Assembly (NCBI GenBank): GCA_035506195.1
Contig: DATJPV010000048.1
Coordinates: 2,011-66,010 of the forward strand
Length of the DNA stretch: 64,000 bases
From: Patescibacteria group bacterium
GTDB lineage: Bacteria; Omnitrophota; Gorgyraeia; Gygaellales; Profunditerraquicolaceae
Direction: 5' to 3'
Made by a program: the position numbers and the translations under genes. Each line of letters opens with the position of its first letter. Position 1 is the first letter of the stretch. Of this stretch, positions 18,926-27,839 are shown piece after piece. The notes under the pieces are model-generated. The model saw only the letters and a list, made by a program, of their open reading frames with translations. It did not search any database and was not told where the DNA came from.

Positions 18926-19519
18926 ATGTCAAAATTGCTATTAGTCATGGTGTTGGGGGCATTGTTGTTGGTGACGGGCAGCCGAGCTTCTGCCGCGGAA
19001 ACGGTATTGTTCGGCTTTGAAAAAGACGTCTCCGGATGGGAGATCCCGGATTGGGCGATGGAAAAAGAAGATTATGTGGCCAAGAAGATCGCGGTGGATT
19101 CGACGTATGCCGACGAAGGCAAATCTTCCCTCAAGATGGACGTGAAGTTCCCGGGCGGTAAATGGACGGCCGCCTATGTCGAGATACAGCAGTACTTTGA
19201 CTGGAGTGCGTATAGCGCAGTTTCCGTAGATGTCTATCTGCCTCCCACTGCGCCGACAGGCCTGAAATCAAAGCTTATTCTAACCGTTGGGGAATCATGG
19301 CTTTGGGTAGAGATGGCGCGCAGCACTCCCTTGGAGCCCGGTAAGTGGACGACCGTTACCGCTAATCTATTGTCGGGGAGTACCGATTTTCGGGCTACCG
19401 TTGACGAGGCATTCCGGAAAGACGTCCGTAAGCTCGGGGTGAGGATCGAATCGAATATGAAACCGGCGTATGAAGGCCAGGTATTTATCGACAATCTCAG
19501 ATTGGCCGGGAAATCATAA
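18926..19519 (+). CDS. Secreted carbohydrate-binding-module-like beta-sandwich protein
   Basis: Signal peptide; Trp-rich; EGKSSLK, PGKWTTVT and FIDNLRL pattern of galactose-binding-like CBMs; GGAGG RBS. Confidence 0.65.
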   Translation: MSKLLLVMVLGALLLVTGSRASAAETVLFGFEKDVSGWEIPDWAMEKEDYVAKKIAVDSTYADEGKSSLKMDVKFPGGKWTAAYVEIQQYFDWSAYSAVSVDVYLPPTAPTGLKSKLILTVGESWLWVEMARSTPLEPGKWTTVTANLLSGSTDFRATVDEAFRKDVRKLGVRIESNMKPAYEGQVFIDNLRLAGKS

Positions 19520-19534
19520 TTAACGGGAGGGTCC

Positions 19535-19993
19535 TTAGAATTTTATCTTGAAGGTATACCGTACCTTATTTTTCCCTTCCACATTCAGGCGGCCCTTTAT
19601 GTGGAATATCTCTACCTTAGTTTTGTCGCATATTTTATTTTCGATTTCCTTGGCCTGGAAGTAAGGCCTAAAGATGTCTACCCCCAGGAATTCTTGCCAC
19701 TGCTGCCTTGATATCCTTCTTTCCTCTTTTATCGGCATAGTGTCATCGTATACCTTCTTGTCGATGTAACCGAGAAAAGAACGGTATTTTTTCACCTTCG
19801 CAGGCTGCGCAGGGGCGGCTCGAGAGGGCAGCGGCAGCGAGACGTCTTTTTCATACTCTTGTTCCGGTATCAGCTGCGTTTCGCCTGGCAGCGCTGAGGG
19901 AGAGAAGAACAGTTTGCTTTGGGCGCAAAGAGGGGGCGCGGTAAAGTGCAATGCGCAGGCAAGGATCAGTATTCTTCTGCCCAGGGTACACAT
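19535..19993 (-). CDS. Hypothetical secreted protein
   Basis: Only plausible minus-strand gene; AGGAGG RBS before ATG 19993; signal-peptide-like N-terminus; ends in Phe. Confidence 0.65.
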   Translation of the reverse strand: MCTLGRRILILACALHFTAPPLCAQSKLFFSPSALPGETQLIPEQEYEKDVSLPLPSRAAPAQPAKVKKYRSFLGYIDKKVYDDTMPIKEERRISRQQWQEFLGVDIFRPYFQAKEIENKICDKTKVEIFHIKGRLNVEGKNKVRYTFKIKF

Positions 19994-20114
19994 GTCATCC
20001 CTCCTACATAAAGTATAACACATTTACGGCCTGTTTTATTGCGCGTATGACCATTAATTTCAATATGTTACGCTTCTCCTGAACAAGGTTTTTCCCCGGA
20101 ATGGCATGCGCTTA

Positions 20115-20152
20115 AAAATTTCCCTTGAAATTTTCTCTGTTTGTAGTATACT
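20115..20152 (+). promoter_or_regulatory. sigma70-like promoter with overlapping inverted repeat
   Basis: TTGAAA (20125-20130), 16 nt, TATACT (20147-20152); AAAATTTC-cctt-GAAATTTT at 20115-20134. Confidence 0.5.
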
Positions 20153-20207
20153 ATATCTAATACGAAGGCCAGTTATAGCTTACGGTTAATTTAAAAAGTG
20201 ATTACTT

Positions 20208-20238
20208 AATCCGTATGATATAAATACGGATTTTTTTT
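20208..20238 (+). terminator. Intrinsic terminator in the GT2 leader (attenuator candidate)
   Basis: AATCCGTAT-7nt-ATACGGATT followed by a T run, immediately before the CDS. Confidence 0.6.
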
Positions 20239-20250
20239 ATGGAGTCCCGC

Positions 20251-21288
20251 ATGCACCCCCAACGCAAAAGCAACCTTACCGTTATCATCCCTGCGTACAA
20301 CGAGGCCAAGACTGTGGGCGATACCATCCGCAGCATTCAGGCTCAGACGATCGCCGCCGATGAGATCATTGTCATCGACGACTGCTCTCAGGATGCGACC
20401 GCCGAGGTCGCGCGCAGCCTGGGGGCAAGGGTGATCTCACCCGCCTGCAATACCGGTTCCAAGGCAGGAGCGCAGAATTTTGCCTTGCAGTTCGTGGAGA
20501 CGGAATTCGTCATGGCGGTTGATGCCGATACGACGCTTGCTCCGGATGCCATCGAGAAGCTGCTGGCTGCCTTATCCGAACAGGGGATGGCTGCGGCCTG
20601 CGGCTTTGTGGTGCCGCGGTACGTCAAGACGGTCTGGGAGCGGGGCCGCTATATCGAATACCTGTTTGCCTTTTCGTTCTTCAAGGAGATACAGGATTAT
20701 TACGAAAAGCCGCTGATCTCTTCCGGTTGTTTCTCTATCTACCGCACCCACATCCTGAAGCTGCATAAGGGTTGGTCCACGCGCACCCTGGCAGAAGACA
20801 TGGACCTGACCTGGACATTCTATCAGATGGGCCACGGCGTCCGTTTTGTGCCCGAGGCATTCTGCTATCCCATCGAACCCCATAATTTCCTCTTTATGCG
20901 CAGGCAGCTGAAACGCTGGTCGCACGGTTTTATGCAGAACGTGCGCCTGCACTGGTGGAAGGTCATGGAAGTCTCGTATTTGCGTTCCATCATTGCCGTG
21001 GCATTATGGGACGCGACGGTCGCGTCTCTGGCCTATCTTTTCCTGCTTCCGTTGCTGGCTCTGTGGTTCAGGAATCCCTTGTTCCTTTTAGGTTACGTCA
21101 TTGACGCTCCCGTAGTGCTGGTGCCTATCCTTTTGAACATCAAGAAAAGAAAGGAGATCCCCCGCATCCTTTCGAGCGTTCCTTCGTTTTTCTTCCTCAG
21201 GGCCGTCAACAGCATTTTTATGCTCGAAGCTTTTTGGAATGAGCTGGTCATGAAGCACACATTCTCCACCTATGAGAAAGGCCACTAA
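20251..21288 (+). CDS. Processive GT2 glycosyltransferase (PgaC/IcaA-like)
   Basis: DDCS, DAD, AED and QLKRW (QxxRW) motifs; C-terminal TMs. Start 20251 after GGAG (alternative 20239). Confidence 0.85.
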   Translation: MHPQRKSNLTVIIPAYNEAKTVGDTIRSIQAQTIAADEIIVIDDCSQDATAEVARSLGARVISPACNTGSKAGAQNFALQFVETEFVMAVDADTTLAPDAIEKLLAALSEQGMAAACGFVVPRYVKTVWERGRYIEYLFAFSFFKEIQDYYEKPLISSGCFSIYRTHILKLHKGWSTRTLAEDMDLTWTFYQMGHGVRFVPEAFCYPIEPHNFLFMRRQLKRWSHGFMQNVRLHWWKVMEVSYLRSIIAVALWDATVASLAYLFLLPLLALWFRNPLFLLGYVIDAPVVLVPILLNIKKRKEIPRILSSVPSFFFLRAVNSIFMLEAFWNELVMKHTFSTYEKGH

Positions 21289-21291
21289 CGC

Positions 21292-21645
21292 ATGACTGCG
21301 GGACTTCCCGGAACCGGTATCGGCGGATTCTTTTACCTGCTCAGCGCCCTGCTGATGCCGGTGAATGAGTGCATCTATACGGTCCTGGGGCGCAGCAGGC
21401 CTGCGCGTTGGCGTAAGGTTTCCCGCCAGACCCTCTGCTCGCTGGGCATCTTGGCCGGCATATGGTGTACCGCATGGATCCTGGCCCATATCCTGCACTG
21501 CGCGCATCAGCTGTCTTCCTCCGCACCCTCTGAAGTGCCCCAACTTTTGCGCATCGCTGCGCTTACTTTCGGCCTGGCGACACTGCTGGCCGTGATCCTG
21601 GTGACGGAGATCTTCGGGATCATCGCCGCCTTGCGCAAGCGCTAA
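21292..21645 (+). CDS. Small membrane protein coupled to the GT2 gene
   Basis: Three hydrophobic segments; N-terminal GLPGTGIGG; 3 nt after the GT2 stop. Confidence 0.65.
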   Translation: MTAGLPGTGIGGFFYLLSALLMPVNECIYTVLGRSRPARWRKVSRQTLCSLGILAGIWCTAWILAHILHCAHQLSSSAPSEVPQLLRIAALTFGLATLLAVILVTEIFGIIAALRKR

Positions 21646-21695
21646 CCCCTTAGCTGGCCCGCATCTTTCCGGCATTACATCCTTACAAGTTTGGA

Positions 21696-21724
21696 TTGAC
21701 TTATCCCGCCGCAAATAGTATTAT
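21696..21724 (+). promoter_or_regulatory. sigma70-like promoter of the HNH gene
   Basis: TTGACT-17nt-TATTAT, then SD AAGGAG at 21735-21740. Confidence 0.55.
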
Positions 21725-21746
21725 GGGGTATGAAAAGGAGATGCCG

Positions 21747-22472
21747 ATGGATAAACTGCTGCTAAGGATAAAAAGGCTGTTGCAATATTTTGCCGTCTCC
21801 TTTGCGGCGATCGAGCTTTGGTATCTTGCCAGCGACCCTCCCGTAAACCCGAATATCCTGCGTATCCAGTTGACCGTCTCCGCAATATATGCGCTTACCG
21901 CCATGGGGTTGATGCTCTGCGTTAGATTCTATATCGATTACAAGAAACAACAGCGCCAGCTGTCGGCAAAGATGGCAGAAGAGGATCTGGCCAGGCGCCA
22001 CGAAGCGCATGCGCAAGAGAAGCAGCAGGAGGCCCAGCGCAGGGAAAAGCTCAAGGCGCAATACGGCAATCTTGACGTTGACGAGATTGTCTTTCACGGC
22101 GCGCTCAACGCGGTTGACAAGAGGTTCTTGCTGACGGATATCCACAAGTTTTCCTGGAGCGAAGCAGAAGGCCTCTTAAAGATCTCGGAGGACGGCCTTC
22201 AGAAGACAAAGCTCCAGCATGTCATAGGAAAGATAATCAAAAAAGCGGACCAGATGTACGGGGATATTCCTTCCGACGATGCGCGAAGCCCCATCCCCGA
22301 TAACGTAAGGATGCTGGTATGGCAGAGGGACGGCGGCAAATGCATCGTCTGCGGCGCGCAGGAGAACCTTGTATTTGATCATATCACGCCGGTTGCAAAA
22401 GGCGGCAGCACCGCCGAGATAAACATCCAGCTGCTTTGTGAGAGGTGTCACCGGGAGAAGCGGGAGCCTTGA
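21747..22472 (+). CDS. Membrane-anchored HNH endonuclease
   Basis: Two TMs, coiled coil, C-terminal RDGGKCIVCG...DHITPVAKGG...NIQLLCERCH. Confidence 0.85.
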   Translation: MDKLLLRIKRLLQYFAVSFAAIELWYLASDPPVNPNILRIQLTVSAIYALTAMGLMLCVRFYIDYKKQQRQLSAKMAEEDLARRHEAHAQEKQQEAQRREKLKAQYGNLDVDEIVFHGALNAVDKRFLLTDIHKFSWSEAEGLLKISEDGLQKTKLQHVIGKIIKKADQMYGDIPSDDARSPIPDNVRMLVWQRDGGKCIVCGAQENLVFDHITPVAKGGSTAEINIQLLCERCHREKREP

Positions 22473-22480
22473 ACTGCGCA

Positions 22481-24496
22481 ATGAAGAAAGCCATTCTTAT
22501 CCTATCCGCAGCCGCCCTGTTTTTGTGTTGTTCCGGCGGCATATCTTTTGCCGCTAAAGCGCAAGCCACTGCCGCTACAAATGTAGTCCTCCAGCCGGCG
22601 GCTTTGCAGAATGTTTGGCTGTGGGTAGTCGACCCGCAGGAAAAGGAGCGCCGCGTATATATCCGGGTAGCCGCAGGCAGCCTATCGGTTAGCGCCTTTA
22701 GCCCCGAAGACCCCCGCCGTTGCTCATTCGCGCAGCTTGACTTGAATTCGGGAAAGATCCTGCTCATCGACCCGAAAGCACTGGAAGATGTCATACAGCG
22801 CATCCAGCCTTCCCAGGCCCAGGATTATTTAGAAGCGATACGCCTGATGCTCGGGGCGGTCAATACCGCCTATGATATCGGCACCAGCCTCCAGAAGGGC
22901 CAGATCGAGCCGATCCGGGGTTATTTGCAGGCGATCGAATCGCGCTTCGTGACACCCATTCCCGCCAGCGCTCATTGGCAGGTCCGAACGGCGGATCAAC
23001 CCTGGAATGATTCCCGCGGGATCACTTCAAGCTCGGTCGATACCGGCAAAAACGAGCTCGTCCTGCAGGCGGATCTTGACGCCTCCCGGGCTCTTTACGG
23101 TAAAGGCGAGGTCTATATCTATCCCGGCGACATACCCGAGCTGGGGCAGCCAGAGCTGGACATGAAGGCCAAGAGGTTGGCGATGGAGGTGTTCATACCC
23201 GCAGGGTTCGTCGGCGACCCCAAGAACCCGGAACATCTGCGCCTCTTCGCCAAGAGCGGTGATAATTGGCAATCCTGCTACGGCATCTGGAGAAAAATCG
23301 GCTATGCAGACGAAGGCACCTGGGTGGCCGTGGAGTTAAACCCCGCCCGGGATCCGGCCAGCTGGAGGGATGCGGATTTTAATCCCGTCAGGATCTGGGA
23401 GTTCGGCCTTGCCTTTAATAAGGGAAGCGGCCGCTACCAGGGGGATGGCCTGAGGATACGCAATGTCATGATCGAAGCCGGCAGAGAATCCGATATGCAG
23501 CCGCCGGTAGTTACCGATACCCCTCCGGTCGATATTCTGCAATTCGTTGGTTCTTCCGGCCGCAATCTTAATTTCGACGAATATAATTACGGCTGGTGCG
23601 TGGGGGAATTTCCTTCTATCTGGGGGACGGGCCAGGCCCAAGGGTTCAGCACTCCCGCAGGCAGTCAAAAGCTTAGGCAGGGGCTGCTTGATCTTAAAAG
23701 CAAGGGCATCAAGACCGTCAGGCTCATGGCATTGTTTGGGGACCTGCGCACGGGGATACTCCAGGATTCAAACGGCAACTTTATCTTTGACAGGCGGGGC
23801 AACCTGCAGTTTGACGGCAAGGTATACGCCGACGTGAAAGCGTTTTTTGACCTGCTCCATGAAACGGGCATGAAGGCGGCAGTCGGCTTGTTCGACTTTC
23901 GCATCGCCGACGATATCAGCCGGGAAGGCACGCGCGACGCAAGCTGGGCAGTCGGAGAACATCCCGAACTACTCACCGACCGCAAGGCTCAGAACGCGCT
24001 GGTGCGGCTGTTCAGCGGTTTCTTTGCCAAAATATACGCGAAAGGATTCCTGGCGTATAGCCCCAACGAAGTCGTTTCATTCTGGGAGGTTATGAATGAG
24101 CCGGAGGCCGTCTGCGCGGCGGATTTTGCGCGGGTAGCCAGTTTTCATGACCGGTTTTTTGACTTGATCCGCAGGAATGCCCCCGGCGCAAAAGTTACTA
24201 CCAGCAGCCTCAGCGTAGATAGCGCGTTCCGTTTTTGGAAAGACAAGGTTGACGTCATTTCCGTCCACCGCTATCCGAATATCGAACGCCTGGACCCGTC
24301 TAAACCGGTAGGCGCTTACGGCTTCGGCAGCAAACCGGTAGTCTTCACGGAGTTTGGGGACGTCGATATGCGCATCGACGATGCCTTAAGCGACATATAT
24401 GCTTCAGGCGCAGGAGGGCTCTTGTTCTGGGAGGACAGCTATTATCAGTTTTCCGAAGACGAGTATCAGGCCTGGCTTGCTGCGCACCTTCCTTAG
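22481..24496 (+). CDS. Secreted clan GH-A (GH5-like) glycoside hydrolase with CBM-like domain
   Basis: Signal peptide; WEVMNEPE acid/base, VISVHRY, VFTEFG nucleophile; central Trp-rich beta domain. Confidence 0.75.
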   Translation: MKKAILILSAAALFLCCSGGISFAAKAQATAATNVVLQPAALQNVWLWVVDPQEKERRVYIRVAAGSLSVSAFSPEDPRRCSFAQLDLNSGKILLIDPKALEDVIQRIQPSQAQDYLEAIRLMLGAVNTAYDIGTSLQKGQIEPIRGYLQAIESRFVTPIPASAHWQVRTADQPWNDSRGITSSSVDTGKNELVLQADLDASRALYGKGEVYIYPGDIPELGQPELDMKAKRLAMEVFIPAGFVGDPKNPEHLRLFAKSGDNWQSCYGIWRKIGYADEGTWVAVELNPARDPASWRDADFNPVRIWEFGLAFNKGSGRYQGDGLRIRNVMIEAGRESDMQPPVVTDTPPVDILQFVGSSGRNLNFDEYNYGWCVGEFPSIWGTGQAQGFSTPAGSQKLRQGLLDLKSKGIKTVRLMALFGDLRTGILQDSNGNFIFDRRGNLQFDGKVYADVKAFFDLLHETGMKAAVGLFDFRIADDISREGTRDASWAVGEHPELLTDRKAQNALVRLFSGFFAKIYAKGFLAYSPNEVVSFWEVMNEPEAVCAADFARVASFHDRFFDLIRRNAPGAKVTTSSLSVDSAFRFWKDKVDVISVHRYPNIERLDPSKPVGAYGFGSKPVVFTEFGDVDMRIDDALSDIYASGAGGLLFWEDSYYQFSEDEYQAWLAAHLP

Positions 24497-24517
24497 GAAC
24501 CTGCGCCGGGGAATTGT

Positions 24518-26866
24518 ATGATAGCCAGAATGTTCAATCAAAAATATAACGCATTCGTCCTGGGCGCGCTGCTGTTATCGGGCGCCCTTGTCTATTCCGG
24601 CACTTTTTACAGTTCTTTCCATTTCGACGACGTTGCCTCCATCATCGAGAATCCCGCCATAAGGAACATCTTGGATCTGCGGGCTATCTGGAATTTCTGC
24701 CCGGCCCGTTTTATAACCTACCTGTCGATAGCTCTCAATTACCGCTTCAACCATCTGCACGTATTCGGTTATCACCTCCTGAACCTGGCTATCCACCTGG
24801 GTTCGGCAGTCCTGACCTGGCGGCTTATGCTGCTTACCCTGTCTACCCCGGCAATGAGGGGGCGCAAGATCGCCGCGCATGCCAGGCTTATCGCTTTTTT
24901 TGCGGGGTTGGTTTTTGTGACGCACCCCCTCCAGACCCAGGCCGTCACCTACATCATCCAGCGAGCGGCTTCTCTGGCAACCCTGTTTTATCTGGCGTCG
25001 CTGAACTTCTATGTTGCCTCAAGGCTCTTACGGCAACAAGGGCAAAACCCCGCAGCCTCAAGGCTCTTTTATTCCGGTTCGTTGATCGCCGCGGTCATCG
25101 CCATGTTCACGAAAGAGACGGCAGCAACCATCCCTTTTGCGGTTTTATTGTACGAGGCCTGTTTCTTAAAAACCAAAGAAAGGCTGGACTGGAAGCATCT
25201 GGCTCCTTTTTTCGCGGCCCTGTCGATCATTCCCCTGACGATGCTTATTACCGGATCGGTAGATGTCATGGGGATCCGCCTGGTCCAGAGATCCGCCCCT
25301 ACCAGCATTTCCCCCTGGCAGTATCTTTGTACGCAGTTCCAGGTCATGGCCACCTACCTCAGGCTTCTGCTGATACCGATACGCCAGAACCTTGACTATG
25401 ATTATCGCGTTGCAAAAGGCCTGCTGGAATTGCCCGTTTTGTCCAGCCTCGTTCTTTTAGCCGCGCTCCTGGCCGCCGCGATCCGCATGCGCTCTAAATA
25501 CAGATTGCTCTCCTTCGGCATTTTCTGGTTTTTCCTGACGCTGTCGGTTGAATCAAGCATTATCCCGATCAGGGATATCATTTTCGAACACCGGCTTTAT
25601 CTGCCGATGGTGGGTTTTAGTTTTTTTGCGGTAGGCGGCATATATTACCTCTTTGAGAACAGGGCCCTGAAGCCGGCGGTCATAGCGCTCTTCATCATAA
25701 CTTCGTGTTACGGGGTCCTTTCTTACAGAAGGAACATGGTTTGGAGAAACGATTTTACCTTATGGAATGATACGGTGCAGAAATCGCCCGGGAAGGCAAG
25801 GCCCTACAATAACCGCGGGGTTGCCTATGGGGATCAGGGCAATTTCGCTCAGGCCATCTCCGACTACACCCGGGCCATCGCCATAAGCCCCGATTACGCG
25901 GAGGCCTATTATAACCGCGCAAACGCCTATGATAAGCAAGGCAATCTTTCCCAGGCCATCGCCGACTACACCCGGGCCATCGCCATAAGCCCCGCTTACG
26001 CAGCGGCCTACAATAACCGCGCGAACGTCTACAATAAGCAGGGCAATTTCGCTCAGGCCATCGCCGATTGCATCCGCGCCATTGAAATAAACCCCGATTA
26101 CGCAGAGGCCTATTATAACCGCGGCCTTGCGTATGATAAACAGGGCGACCTCCCGCAGGCCGTCGCCGACTACGCCAAAGCCATTTCCCTGAACCCCAAC
26201 CTTGAGAAAGCCCACAACAACCGCGGGGTTATCTATGGTAAGCAGGCTAACCTCGCCCAGGCCATCGCCGACTACAGCAAGGCCATTGAAATAAATCCGG
26301 ATTACGCAGAGGCTTATTATAACCGCGCAAACGCCTATGATAAGCAAGGCAATTTTACCCAGGCCATCGCCGACTATACCAAAGCCGTTGCCTTAAACCC
26401 CAACTACGCAGCGGCCTACAATAACCGCGGCGTTGCCTATGGCGCGCGAGGCAAGTTTGCGCAAGCCATTGCCGACTGCACCAGGGCCATTGAGATAAAC
26501 CCCAACCTCGAACAGGCCTATAACAACCGCGGCCTTGCCTATGATAAGCAGGGCGACCTTCCGCAGGCCGTCGCCGACTACACCAAAGCTATTGCCGTCA
26601 ACCCCGTGTATACCGAGGCCTATTATAACCGCGGCCTTGCCTATCATAAACAAGGCAATTTCACCCAGGCCGTCGCCGACTATACCAAGGTCATTGAAAT
26701 GGCTCCTCGTTTTGCCCCTGCCTACAACAACCGAGGCGCTGCGTATTATCGCACGGCAGAGTATGGCAAAGCCTGGGCGGATGTGCACCAGGCAGAGGCA
26801 TTAGGGGCCGTGGTTGACCCCCGGTTCCTTGAATCCCTGAAAAAGGCCTCCGGAACGGATAAATAG
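24518..26866 (+). CDS. TMTC-like membrane glycosyltransferase with C-terminal TPR array
   Basis: HFDD loop, HPLQTQAVTYI, FTKET, EHRLYLP; 10 TPRs. Confidence 0.82.
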   Translation: MIARMFNQKYNAFVLGALLLSGALVYSGTFYSSFHFDDVASIIENPAIRNILDLRAIWNFCPARFITYLSIALNYRFNHLHVFGYHLLNLAIHLGSAVLTWRLMLLTLSTPAMRGRKIAAHARLIAFFAGLVFVTHPLQTQAVTYIIQRAASLATLFYLASLNFYVASRLLRQQGQNPAASRLFYSGSLIAAVIAMFTKETAATIPFAVLLYEACFLKTKERLDWKHLAPFFAALSIIPLTMLITGSVDVMGIRLVQRSAPTSISPWQYLCTQFQVMATYLRLLLIPIRQNLDYDYRVAKGLLELPVLSSLVLLAALLAAAIRMRSKYRLLSFGIFWFFLTLSVESSIIPIRDIIFEHRLYLPMVGFSFFAVGGIYYLFENRALKPAVIALFIITSCYGVLSYRRNMVWRNDFTLWNDTVQKSPGKARPYNNRGVAYGDQGNFAQAISDYTRAIAISPDYAEAYYNRANAYDKQGNLSQAIADYTRAIAISPAYAAAYNNRANVYNKQGNFAQAIADCIRAIEINPDYAEAYYNRGLAYDKQGDLPQAVADYAKAISLNPNLEKAHNNRGVIYGKQANLAQAIADYSKAIEINPDYAEAYYNRANAYDKQGNFTQAIADYTKAVALNPNYAAAYNNRGVAYGARGKFAQAIADCTRAIEINPNLEQAYNNRGLAYDKQGDLPQAVADYTKAIAVNPVYTEAYYNRGLAYHKQGNFTQAVADYTKVIEMAPRFAPAYNNRGAAYYRTAEYGKAWADVHQAEALGAVVDPRFLESLKKASGTDK
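25796..26815 (+). repeat. 102-bp period coding tandem repeat (10 TPR units)
   Basis: Recurring GCCTAYWAYAACCGCG and GCCRTCGCCGACTAC every 102 nt. Confidence 0.85.
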
Positions 26867-26875
26867 TGGTATAAT
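26867..26875 (+). promoter_or_regulatory. Extended -10 promoter (TGGTATAAT), likely leaderless transcript
   Basis: TATAAT at 26870-26875, ATG at 26884, no SD. Confidence 0.5.
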
Positions 26876-26883
26876 ATAAGAAT

Positions 26884-27822
26884 ATGGAATCTGCTCATAT
26901 ACAACCTGACCGGTTCGCGTTTAGGATGGTGGCATTGATCCTGGTATGCAATGCCGCCGGCAGCACCTTGTACTTTCTGTGGAGTCTATACGCCAGGGCC
27001 GTGGGGCCGACTACCGGCAGGAGCATGGCGTTCATCCTGGTAGATTTGTTTTTTGCTTTTGCGCTTTTTCGGCAGAAGCTATGGGCGCGGCCGTGGGTTA
27101 TTGCGCGCTCTGTCCTGGGAGCGCTTCTATGGGTGGGAGTTTCCGTCTACCAGAGGAACCCCTTTGGCGCGGTCACGCAGGTGGTCTTCTTCGGCGCGAT
27201 CATCGCCCTTCTGAGCGGCTGGGTCGCAAAGCCGGTCGCCAGGGTCCTGGGAGTGGCGGCGATAGGTTTGATCGCCGCCATCGGTTTCAATAATCTCCAG
27301 GCGATTGCCAACTACAACAAGATCGCCGCCCAGGTTATCAATGCGGGAGCCCGTGAGTATGTAAGCGAAAAATTCGGTTACCGCATTACTACGCCGGAGA
27401 ACTGGAAGATCATCAAACGCAGCGATTTTGGCAAGGTAGACAAGTCCCTGCTTACTACCGATGCCGAGATCGCCATGATCAATAAAGAAGGGACCGGGTA
27501 TTGCCTGCTCATCCCGGAAGAGCTTAAAGGTTACGGCACGGCTTATGACCTTCAAATGGTGCGTAACGCGGTACTGGAAAATGCCAAGCGCATAAAAGGA
27601 GTGGAGGTCCTGGAGAATAATCTTGCCTCGCCGTATGGAGAGGCCGGATTCCAGATCAAATACGGCGTTTGGTCGGAAGGGTTCCATTACCGCTACCTTG
27701 TGCTTTACAGCGTGTATCAAAGAACAGGCATACAGTTGCTGGTGTGGGCTTTTGATTCTAATGCCGACAGCGTGTTCAGCGATGTCGTCAAGAACGTCGC
27801 CGGCAAAGTTACCTTTAAATAA
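26884..27822 (+). CDS. Hypothetical membrane protein with soluble C-terminal domain
   Basis: About 5 N-terminal TMs, then YVSEKFGYRITTPENWK (PsbP-like opening). Confidence 0.65.
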   Translation: MESAHIQPDRFAFRMVALILVCNAAGSTLYFLWSLYARAVGPTTGRSMAFILVDLFFAFALFRQKLWARPWVIARSVLGALLWVGVSVYQRNPFGAVTQVVFFGAIIALLSGWVAKPVARVLGVAAIGLIAAIGFNNLQAIANYNKIAAQVINAGAREYVSEKFGYRITTPENWKIIKRSDFGKVDKSLLTTDAEIAMINKEGTGYCLLIPEELKGYGTAYDLQMVRNAVLENAKRIKGVEVLENNLASPYGEAGFQIKYGVWSEGFHYRYLVLYSVYQRTGIQLLVWAFDSNADSVFSDVVKNVAGKVTFK

Positions 27823-27839
27823 GAACGGAGGGCCCCGGG

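Noticed and set aside
20115-20134. AAAATTTC-GAAATTTT palindrome as a fourth element copy
   Set aside because: It shares only the AAAATT/AATTTT core and lacks the CCTGRC/GYCAGG stem and GATTTCGCT.
25796-26815. Periodic repeats as a possible CRISPR array
   Set aside because: The period is 102 bp, in frame, encodes TPRs, and has no unique spacers.
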